Assembly (NCBI GenBank): GCA_963833985.1
Contig: CAWIAD010000001.1
Span: forward strand, 256,001 to 320,000
Direction of reading: 5' to 3'
Length of the DNA: 64,000 nt
Origin: an uncultured Planctomycetaceae bacterium
GTDB taxonomy: Bacteria > Planctomycetota > Planctomycetia > Isosphaerales > Isosphaeraceae
This document shows, piece by piece, positions 30,877 through 39,399 of this stretch (positions are counted from its first letter, which is position 1; every line of letters starts with the position of its first letter). The notes under the pieces were generated by a model, which ran no database searches, had not been told where the DNA came from, and saw only the letters and a program-made list of their open reading frames with translations. The position numbers and the translations under genes were made by a program.

Positions 30877-32229
30877 GGCGAGCGGCAGGTCTTAGTTTCC
30901 CTGCTGCTCGGTGATTCTCGGTTTGATAGTGATGTCATACTTCGGCAGGGTCGCCGATCTTTCCAATCGAGCTTCGTACTGCTTCATCTCCTTGGCGGCG
31001 ACTCGAACGCCATCGGGATACTCGCCGTGGAGGCGTTTCACGATCGGGTGCCGGCGCTTCCAGGTCATTCGTAGGGCGCATTGCAGGACCACCTTCAGGC
31101 AGTTCAGTAACACGCCGTTCCATTTCTTCTCCAGGGCCGACCAGCAGCGTTCAATCGGGTTGTATTTGCTGTGGTAGGGGGGATAGTACACCAACCGAAT
31201 CTCCAACCCCGACCAGTCGGCAAACTGGACCATCCGTTTCAGGAACTGGGTCCGCCGACCGGAGTTCTTGGGGCCGTTGTCCAGATAGATCACCAGGCGC
31301 TTGACATGCCCGAAGCCTGACCGGACCTGCAGCCACCACATGCGGAGCGCATCGGCCCAAGCGTCGCTGGTCTCGCGCGATCCGAACAGGAGCATCAATA
31401 CCCCGGTCACCCGCATCACGATGCCGAAAGGGACCAGCTTCTCCTTGGCTGGCGGATCGTGATCCCATCCCTTGGCCACTTGACCGTCGGCGGCGGTCCT
31501 GGTTTTTCCCCCCACGAGCGTAATCGCCCAATCCCACCTTCGCCTTGGTGTCCATGGAGATCTCCAGCGCCTCAGGATCGTCCCGAGCCTGTTGCTGCAC
31601 CTCCTTCACGTTGGCGAAGATCGCGTCGGTCTCCTTGGTCTTCTTCAGCGGCCTGCCCTTCTGAATCCGCTTGAGGCGGAAGTTCATGCGGTTGAGGATG
31701 TCCCGCATGGTGCGCTCGCTGGGCAACGCGTCTCGGGGATAGCCCTTGTCAATCAAGGCTCCTCGCACCTCCGCCGCCGACAGGTTCATGTACCGTCGCG
31801 ACGACTTCAGTTCCGGATCGGCGTAGGTATGGGGCTCGACGATCGCACGGATGTCCGCAGCCAGTTGCGGGTCCTTCTCTTCGCTGCGCAGCCGACCTCT
31901 CGCGACGAAATTCTCGAGACAGCGTATCCCTTGACGGGCCTCGTGCAGTCCTTTCAGGACCGTTTCTCGTCCCCAGCCGAAGCGTCGTTCAGCTTGGCGG
32001 GCGCTGCCTTCACAGAGTTCCGTGGCCACCTCGGCCATGAACAATCGGCGCTGGTATCCGGTCAGCCGTCTGGCTCCCGAACAGATCAAGGCGTCGAGGC
32101 ACTCAGTGGATCCTTCCATGACGGTTCCCCTCCCTGGTGTACAGACGGCAACAGGCCAGGCTCTAGCCTTGCATCATCTCACAGAACGGGGAAGCTCAAT
32201 TCCGGGTAGATCTCGACGTGCCGGTCGCC
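30877..32229 (-). mobile_element. ISAzo13-family insertion sequence (1353 bp)
   Basis: 15-bp TIRs GGCGAGCGGCAGGTC / GACGTGCCGGTCGCC (13/15); 3-bp TSD TAA at 30874-30876 and 32230-32232. Confidence 0.9.
30892..32119 (-). CDS. ISAzo13-family transposase in two frames joined at G6A5 (31503-31513)
   Basis: AERRFGWGRETV, ISMDTKAKV, LDNGPKNSGRRTQF, YYPPYHSKYNPIERCW. Confidence 0.85.
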
Positions 32230-33525
32230 TAACGGACGGTCACTGCGCGGAAGTGACGGTACCTTGCCGGAATCTCGAAGCGCCTCCCCTCCAGTGAGAT
32301 GGTGCCGTCGCTTTGACGCTGGCTCCTCTTGGTCTCCAGGCGGAATGCCGCACGCAGCGCTACACTCGAAGGGCTCGAGCGAAGCACATCGGGGGCCTTG
32401 GCGAAGCGGTCGACCGGCGAGCTGCCGGTCTCGCGGTGCACGGCGCGGTTGTACTCAATTTCCATCCAGGCCTGGGTTGCCTCATTGAGCAATTCCAGGG
32501 TCAATTCCCTGACACCATCGAGCATCTTCATGAGCCGCCCCTCGAGCGTGCCCCAGAACGCCTCCTGCTTGCCGTTTTGATACGGGCTATAAGGGAGCGT
32601 TCGCTCTGCGACGATGCCCAGACGCAAGAGCCCTTCGGTGACTTCCTCGGCCACCATCGCGGAGCCGTTATCGGTCAACAGCGCGCGCGGCAGGCCCCGT
32701 TTCTGGATCGCCTGGGAGAGTCCGTGCACCAGGTCCTCGGCGGTCTCCGAGAGATACCACTGAACGTGGCAGCACAGTCGTGAGTGGTCATCGAGGATGC
32801 CCAGCGCGATTGGCCGCAGCCACTGGCCGCCGGGAGTGAGCACCTTGAGCGATCCGTGGTGGAAATCGAGATGCCAGAGCGCTCCGACATGGGTGGCTTC
32901 GTAGCTGCGGATTTCCCGTGTCTGACGCCTCTCTTGGGCGCGGACTTCGCCAGGGCGTCCGCCGGGCCGGAGCCTCGGTCTGCGCACCAGGCCGTGAGCC
33001 TGCATGAAACGCTTGATCGTGGAATAGGAGGGGAGCCGCCCCAGTGAGGGATCGGCCTTCAAGAGCGCGGCGAGGTTGTCGTAGTGCAGTTGATAGCTCC
33101 AGTCCGTGTGATCGCGATACTGGAGATGGAGTCGCTCGGCGAGGGTCGCCGCCAGCGAGATCTTTCCGCAGTCTTTCCGCACGGCACGACGCAAGGCGGC
33201 GACCGGGTCGTCAGGCTGGTGGAGCGCCGTGTAGTACCAGCGCGCGATGGTGGCGGCCGCGACGCGGACATCGCGCCCCGTCACAGGATGCGACCAGGTC
33301 TTTTCGGCAAGGGAGCAGATCGCTGTCTGAAGCGATCCGCGCAGGGGGAGAGCTCAGGAGCGAGCCCACCACGGAGAACCGAAACCGTGCCCACAAGGCA
33401 GCGGTTGAACAGGGGTGTCTTTGAGTCATCACATCTCCTCACAAGTCGGGTGAAGGGACCGTGACAACCTCTATAAATCGGCGGATCAAAATCGGCGACG
33501 AGCATCTTCTGCGGGTGGAAAGCGA

Positions 33526-34110
33526 TCATCGCGAGACCTCGATTCGCAGGCCGCCGGGGATCGTGATCGGTGCGAGAAACCGCAGCAGGAGCGTCCACCC
33601 TTTGCAGATGCGATGGCGGGAGAGGAAGGCGTCGACAAGTGAGTAGGGAAGGGAGAGGATCTCCAGGACCGGCACCAACCGGGCGCCTGCAACCTTCCAG
33701 AATGGTGTCTGAGGAAAGCGTTCGCGCCAGAAGACCTGCCAGCGGGCGATGGTCCGGCGGTCGGCGCCGAAGCGTGTGGAAAGCTCGCGGACGCGGCGTG
33801 GCGAGGGTCCCTGCCGCATGGCGCTGATGAGGATCACGATCGCGCCCAGGTAGACCTTGCGGCCCAGGAAGCGCACCGACGGCGGTGTGACTCTCTTCCT
33901 GCAGCCCTCACGATCGCAGCAGAAGCTCAGTCTGAGGCATTCTTGCTCGGGTAGCTGGACGGCAGTGCCGCGTGGCTTGCGGAGATAGTTGGCGGCGTGC
34001 AGGCGGCCGCCACATGAACATGCTTGCTTGCGGGTTTCCTCTGCGAGATGCTGGTCGACAGCCCAAAGAAACGACCAGAGCCTGGCGGTCCGGGGTAAAT
34101 CATGATACAT
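33526..34110 (-). CDS. Zn-ribbon plus HTH protein (DUF6431-like)
   Basis: CSCGGRLH...RLSFCCDREGCRKRVTPPSVRFLGRKVY; HTH-like LSTRFGADRRTIARW. Confidence 0.7.
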   Translation of the reverse strand: MYHDLPRTARLWSFLWAVDQHLAEETRKQACSCGGRLHAANYLRKPRGTAVQLPEQECLRLSFCCDREGCRKRVTPPSVRFLGRKVYLGAIVILISAMRQGPSPRRVRELSTRFGADRRTIARWQVFWRERFPQTPFWKVAGARLVPVLEILSLPYSLVDAFLSRHRICKGWTLLLRFLAPITIPGGLRIEVSR

Positions 34111-34491
34111 GGTCGAGTACTCCGCTGTTGTGGTAAACCACGGAGTACACCCCTCGGGAAGCTTGATCAAGTGACCAGGCTCTTCGAGGGGAATTTTGTT
34201 GGTACCCTCAGCGATGTTGCTCAGGAATCGCTGATTTCGCGTCGCTTAGCCTGCTCACGCACACGTTCCCCGCTGGAAGAAGTTAGAATTCACTCGGGCG
34301 GCTTCCCGCTTTACCGATCGAACCACGAAGATGAATGGGGAGGGAACCACGAAACACGCGAAACACACGAAAAGAATTCTTCACTGCCCACTGCGGACTG
34401 GCCACTCCACCTGGGATTGGCCGGGTCGATGTTCATTGAAGGCAAAGCGATGCACCAACGCTTGTCTTGCGGTAGCCAGGAGGGAAGTGCC

Positions 34492-34812
34492 ATGAGCACG
34501 CCGATTGCTGTGGTTGAAGGCACGGTGTTGCCTGACGGAACACTGGAATTGCGGGAAAAACTGAACCTGCCCGCGGGCAGGGTGCAGGTCACGCTTGTAC
34601 CCATGCCCGAGCTTTCCCAGGACGATCCCTTCTGGCAGCTCATGAAAGGCATCTGGGCACGACAGCAGGCAAGGTGCCATATCCCTCGCAGCGCCCAGGA
34701 TGTTGAGGACGAGCGCAGGTCGGTGCGCGAGGAGTGGGACGAGCGAATGGCTCGAATCAGCAGGCTCCAGCAAGAGGCCGATCAAACGCGGGCCGGGGGC
34801 CCGCCGGTATGA
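34492..34812 (+). CDS. Putative antitoxin (AbrB/DUF104-like N-terminus)
   Basis: GGAGG RBS, VVEGTVLPDGTLEL...GRVQVTL, acidic tail, ATGA overlap with the PIN gene. Confidence 0.7.
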   Translation: MSTPIAVVEGTVLPDGTLELREKLNLPAGRVQVTLVPMPELSQDDPFWQLMKGIWARQQARCHIPRSAQDVEDERRSVREEWDERMARISRLQQEADQTRAGGPPV

Positions 34813-35216
34813 TGGTTTACCTGGACACGAACCTGATCATCTACCTGGTGGAGCAAAACCCGATTTGGGGTTCAAAGGTCGTCAACCGGCTGTCGTCGCT
34901 GCTCGTGGCCGGTGATCGGATCGCCACCAGCGACCTGTCCCGTACCGAATGCCTGGTTCACCCTTACGCCACGGGAAACGCCGGGCTGCTGGCCGATTAC
35001 CTTGCGTTTTTCGCCAGCCCCCAGGTCAAACTGCTGCCTCTGATCCCCGAGGTTTGCGAGCGAGCGGCGCAGATTCGCGCCGCATCTGCCCTCAAGTTGA
35101 AAGTTCCCGACTGCCTGCACTTGGCAGCCGCCATCGAGCATGGCTGCGGCCTATTCCTGACCAACGACGGCGCTCTGGCAGCGTGTCCTCAGATCTCTGT
35201 TGAGATTCTGACCTGA
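34809..35216 (+). CDS. vapC: PIN-domain (VapC-like) toxin
   Basis: VYLDTNLIIY, E in SRTEC, PDCLHLAAA, FLTND. Confidence 0.9.
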   Translation: MMVYLDTNLIIYLVEQNPIWGSKVVNRLSSLLVAGDRIATSDLSRTECLVHPYATGNAGLLADYLAFFASPQVKLLPLIPEVCERAAQIRAASALKLKVPDCLHLAAAIEHGCGLFLTNDGALAACPQISVEILT

Positions 35217-35530
35217 CGAACATGTCGGTTGCTTCATTTGCCGGAAGCACAGGACCTGCTCTAGCCCACAAGCGGCAAACGGGGCCACCCAGGTTTCGGC
35301 CCGGCGCTTAAGTTTCGGCACGGTCCGTGGCCGGCGCAACCGGCCCCGTGTCGCTCGCGAATTCCCTGGAAGACTTTGCCACGGTTGTTGCCCCGGTTCG
35401 AGTTTTGGTAGCAAAGGTTTGCGCAAGAGGTACGTGCGGGTGCAGCATTGAGGGCTCGCCTCATTGCGGGCGGCAAGTTACAGTAAGAGCGGTCCAACCT
35501 ACGATTACGCAAAACGCGATGAGGCTCACG

Positions 35531-36103
35531 ATGTCCTCTTCGAATCCTTCCAGGGAATCCGGGCTGTCAAGAGACCTGCGCCGAGCATTGACGAGGTGCA
35601 AGAAGACGGAGCTGGTCGACTTCCTGATCGAACTGGCCCAGGCCGATCGCGGGGTGCTTCGGCAGCTCAGTGCCCGCTTCGAGGAGGCGACGACGCCCGA
35701 GGATCTGGTCGCCCGGACTCGACAGGCCATCAGCGATGCTACTGCGTTCGATAAACGAGATATCAACCGCAACTTCCACTACGACTACCAAGCCTATGCC
35801 GAGGTGAAACGCAACCTGAGCCGCTTGACCGCGGTTGGACAGTTTCCCGAGGCAATGCAACTCGCATTGGAATTGATGAAGCGCGGAAGTTACCAGGTGG
35901 AGATGAGCGACGAAGGGCTGATGTGCGACGAGATTGAAGAGTGCTTGACTGTCGTGATCGAATCGCTTTCCAAGGTTGACATCGCCGTGAACGAAGTGGT
36001 CGCCTGGTGCACGGCGATGCTTGCCAGCGACCGCAATGGCTTTATCGCTCGGGAGCTCCTTGAATCGCTGCGCCAGCGTGTGCAGGTGACGACGGCCCGG
36101 TAG
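35531..36103 (+). CDS. Hypothetical alpha-helical protein
   Basis: 190-aa ORF with protein-like composition (KKTELVDFLIELA; GSYQVEMSDEGLM). Confidence 0.65.
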   Translation: MSSSNPSRESGLSRDLRRALTRCKKTELVDFLIELAQADRGVLRQLSARFEEATTPEDLVARTRQAISDATAFDKRDINRNFHYDYQAYAEVKRNLSRLTAVGQFPEAMQLALELMKRGSYQVEMSDEGLMCDEIEECLTVVIESLSKVDIAVNEVVAWCTAMLASDRNGFIARELLESLRQRVQVTTAR

Positions 36104-36150
36104 CCAATCGTCACACGACCGGCTGCCACGAAGCCAAAGGGGTCATTACT

Positions 36151-37630
36151 GAATGCCGCGAAGTTAATTTTAACTAATTGTGGCATTTGATCTTGCGCCA
36201 TGAGTGAGGCTCCGGGCATCCTGTGGGAAGTACCAGGACCCACAGTTGCTGGAGGGAGCCCCACCCATGCCGCCTCGCATCATCCCCATTCTCGATCGGC
36301 TGCGCCAAGATATCGCCGCCGGATTGTCCCGCGAAACGATCGAAGAAGCCTGTCGCCAGTCGAAACACCGCTGGCGGAATCGCGTTCTCGACCCCGCGAC
36401 GACCATTTATCTGTTCCTGCTCCAGGTCCTTCATGGCAACACGGCCTGTCGCCACGTGGTGCACTTCGGCGGTTGGACCTTCACCGACAGCGCCTACTGC
36501 CTGGCGCGAAAGCGGCTTCCGCTGGCCGTCTTCGACTGGCTCGTGGAGCGGACCGCTGCCGCCGTGCGGACTGCTTCGGATGGCGCGCGGTGGCTCGGGC
36601 ACCGAATCTGGGTCGTCGACAGCTCCAGCTTCTCCATGCCGGACCAACCAGAACTGCAACGTCACTTCGGCCAACCCAGCGGTCAACGCAAGGGCTGTGG
36701 CTTCCCGGTGGCGAAATGGCTGGCCCTCTTCGATGTCGCCACGGGCATGCTGCTGCGTTCGAGGACGGCCCCTTTGCGGACCCACGACATGTCCCAGGTC
36801 GGCCCGATCTCCGACGGCCTGGAGCCGGGAGACATCGTGCTCGGTGACCGCGGATTTTGCTCGTATGCTCATCTGGCGATATTACTGCAACGCGGTCTGC
36901 ATGCGGTTTTCCGCGTGCACCAGCAGCAGATCGTCGATTTCACGCCGGGTCGTCCGATGGCCAGGAGGAAGGGTCCGTACCCCAGGCCGCAGGGACTGCC
37001 GAGTTCGCGGTGGGTGTTGGCGCAGGGAACCGCAGATCAGATTGTCACATGGTTTAAATCGAAATCCCATCCGAAGTGGATGTCGGCGGATGAGTTCGAG
37101 GTGCTGCCGTCAGAGATCACCGTGCGCGAGCTGAGGTACCGAGTCGAGACACCCGGGTATCGGGTGCGCGAAATCACGCTGGTCACGACTCTGTTAGACG
37201 CATCCACCTACCCGGCGACAGAGCTGGCCGAACTCTACTACAAGAGGTGGAGAGTCGAACTCAATTTTCGTCATATAAAGATTAGCATGAAGATGGATGT
37301 TCTGCGTTGCGAGACAGTCGAAGGGGTTCTCAAAGAGCTGGCGATTTTCAGCCTGGCGTATAACCTGGTGAGGTCGGTCATGCTGGAGTCGGCCCGCATG
37401 CGCGGCGTTGATCCGGGACGGATCGGCTTGATCGACGCGGTGCGCTGGCTGATCGGGTCCGAAGGGGGTTCTGAGCCCGCGCGGATCGTCATCAACCCAT
37501 TGCGCCGCGGACGCGTCGAGCCCCGAGTCGTAAAGCGACGACCAAAACAATACATGCGCATGGCTAGGCCCAGATCCGAACTCCGCAAACAGTTGCCAAT
37601 GAAGCACTTCTGACTAACTTTGTGGCATTC
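36151..37630 (+). mobile_element. IS4-family insertion sequence
   Basis: TIRs GAATGCCGCGAAGTTA / TAACTTTGTGGCATTC (14/16); inverted symmetry extends to 36135 and 37646. Confidence 0.85.
36267..37613 (+). CDS. IS4-family transposase
   Basis: VDSSS, GDRGF, YREK-type motif YYKRWRVELNFRHIK. Confidence 0.92.
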   Translation: MPPRIIPILDRLRQDIAAGLSRETIEEACRQSKHRWRNRVLDPATTIYLFLLQVLHGNTACRHVVHFGGWTFTDSAYCLARKRLPLAVFDWLVERTAAAVRTASDGARWLGHRIWVVDSSSFSMPDQPELQRHFGQPSGQRKGCGFPVAKWLALFDVATGMLLRSRTAPLRTHDMSQVGPISDGLEPGDIVLGDRGFCSYAHLAILLQRGLHAVFRVHQQQIVDFTPGRPMARRKGPYPRPQGLPSSRWVLAQGTADQIVTWFKSKSHPKWMSADEFEVLPSEITVRELRYRVETPGYRVREITLVTTLLDASTYPATELAELYYKRWRVELNFRHIKISMKMDVLRCETVEGVLKELAIFSLAYNLVRSVMLESARMRGVDPGRIGLIDAVRWLIGSEGGSEPARIVINPLRRGRVEPRVVKRRPKQYMRMARPRSELRKQLPMKHF

Positions 37631-37684
37631 AGCAATGTCCCCTTTGCCCCGCCCGTCTTGTCGTCGTGAAGCGTGAGGGCCTGA

Positions 37685-38606
37685 GAGGGAGTTCGGAAAC
37701 TTGGGTGGGCTGGACAGATTTTCTGAATTGAGCAGAATCTTCTCAGGGGAAGGGTAGTCATCGAACAAGGGCGGAGCCCGATCATGGACGAGCGCACGGC
37801 GCGGAAGGCGTATGAGAGCGATCTTACTGACGAAGAGTGGAGGATTGTCGAACCGCTCCTTCCTGCAGGGAAGTTCGGCGGCCGGCCGCGCACCACAAAC
37901 ATCCGCGAGGTGCTCAATGCGGTCTTCTACTTGTTGCGAACGGGATGCGCCTGGCGACTCTTGCCCCACGACTTTCCACCGGCGGGCACAGTCTACGATT
38001 ACTTTCGAGCGTGGTCCCGTGACGGAACTCTCCAACGAGTTCACGACATTCTTCGTCGACGGGTTCGTGTTGCAGCGGGCCGAAACGAGGAGCCCAGCGC
38101 GGCGTGCATTGACAGCCAATCGGCAAAGACAAACGAGCAAGGGGGGATCGATGGATACGATGCCGGGAAGAAGATCATGGGGCGCAAGCGTCACATCCTG
38201 GTGGACACCATGGGGCTGATTCTGGCTGTGGTCGTTCATTCGGCAGGTATCCAGGATCGGGACGGGGCGAAGGCAGTTTTCGATGCGATCAGGAACGACC
38301 TGCCACGGCTGCAGTTGGTCTGGGCCGACGGCGGCTACGCAGGCAAATCGGTGGAGTGGGTCAAGAGCGAGTGTGGTTGGGTCCTGGAGATCGTGAAACA
38401 AACGGACGACGTCAAGGGTTTTAAGCTCCTGCCCCACCGCTGGGTCGTGGAGCGAACCTTCGCCTGGTTGGGACGGTTTCGCCGAATGAGCAAGGATTAT
38501 GAGTTCCATCCAGAAACGTCAGCGTCAATGATTCATCTTGCTATGATCAACGTTATGGTGCGTCGGCTTGCTGCTGCCTAAACCGCGCAACTTTCCAAAC
38601 TCCCTC
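37685..38606 (+). mobile_element. IS5-family insertion sequence (IS1031-like, 922 bp)
   Basis: TIRs GAGGGAGTTCGGAAA / TTTCCAAACTCCCTC; TSD TGA at 37682-37684 and 38607-38609. Confidence 0.92.
37784..38581 (+). CDS. IS5-family transposase
   Basis: YESDLTDEEW, IDSQS, GRKRHILVDTMG, ADGGY, RWVVERTFAWL. Confidence 0.95.
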   Translation: MDERTARKAYESDLTDEEWRIVEPLLPAGKFGGRPRTTNIREVLNAVFYLLRTGCAWRLLPHDFPPAGTVYDYFRAWSRDGTLQRVHDILRRRVRVAAGRNEEPSAACIDSQSAKTNEQGGIDGYDAGKKIMGRKRHILVDTMGLILAVVVHSAGIQDRDGAKAVFDAIRNDLPRLQLVWADGGYAGKSVEWVKSECGWVLEIVKQTDDVKGFKLLPHRWVVERTFAWLGRFRRMSKDYEFHPETSASMIHLAMINVMVRRLAAA

Positions 38607-39137
38607 TGAGACTTCTTCTTCGCGTCCAGCTTCCGAGGCCGGCCGCCCTGCTTTCCGCGGGCACGGGCCGCCTCGAGCCCGGCCCTGGTCCGCTCGCGGA
38701 TGCTGTCGCGCTCGAACTCGGCCAGGGCCGCGAAGACGTGGAAGACCAGCTTGCCGCCGCTGGTCGTCGTGTCGATGCTCTCCTGGAGGCTCCGGAAGCC
38801 GACCTTCCGTTCCTGGAGCTGCCCCACGGTCTCGATCAGGTGCCGGATGCTGCGACCCAGGCGGTCGAGCTTCCAGACGACGAGGGTATCCCCCTTCCGG
38901 AGGTGTGCGAGGGCCTGATCGAGCCCCGGCCGCGCGGCACGGGCACCGCCGGCCTTGTCCGTGAAGAGCTTCTCGCAGCCGGCGCGATTCAAGGCGTCGG
39001 TCTGGAGATCGAGGCGTTGCTCGAGGGTCGAGACGCGTGCATAGCCGATCAACATGGGCCCCATCCTCCTCTCGTCCGGATGGTGCCGTAACTCGAATCA
39101 CGCGTCAAGGTTCGGGGATGTTGATTTCGGGATGGCT

Positions 39138-39218
39138 TCCAGGACGGTATTCTGGACGCTATTGAGGGAAGGCCAGGGGTCGGCGAGAGGGAGTCCCGAA
39201 AAGGCTCCTTTCCGGGAC
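39138..39218. promoter_or_regulatory. Putative res site subsites
   Basis: Palindromes TCCAGGA-CGGTA-TTCTGGA (39138-39156) and GTCCCGAAAAGG-CT-CCTTTCCGGGAC (39193-39218) upstream of the resolvase. Confidence 0.55.
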
Positions 39219-39399
39219 GGCGAGTTGCAACTCATTCCGAGTCCCGAGCTGAGATGGGCGGAGTGCGTGTCATCTTGAAGGTTGGGGAGTACGACTTGGC
39301 CTTCATAGACGAGCCGCCGTTCAGTCCCGGCTCACCGGATGACGCCCACCTCTTGTTCCGCGAGAACAGACGATATCCGCACTCGTGGGATAATGACCG

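Larger units (their letters stand above)
30600..33432 (-). pseudogene. DDE transposase (rve/Mu-type), split by IS insertion, also frameshifted near 33340
   Basis: WHLDFH / TDNGSAM / NGKQEAFW triad; ...AVTVR (32232) resumes YARWDLGRIDLVD (30873); reconstructed length about 492 aa. Confidence 0.88.
28752..34191 (-). mobile_element. Four-gene Mu/Tn552-like element with hairpin-flanked ends, interrupted by ISAzo13-type IS
   Basis: Co-oriented Zn-ribbon/HTH, DDE transposase, ExeA-like ATPase and RecA-like ATPase genes; hairpins at 28752-28786 and 34150-34191; boundaries inferred. Confidence 0.65.
37652..39055 (-). pseudogene. Serine resolvase/invertase disrupted by IS5 and lacking its HTH
   Basis: MLIGYARVST, VWKLDRLGRS, LAEFER, GGRP; KKKSQ continues as ALTLHDDKT beyond the IS5, then runs into the IS4 end. 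Confidence 0.88.
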
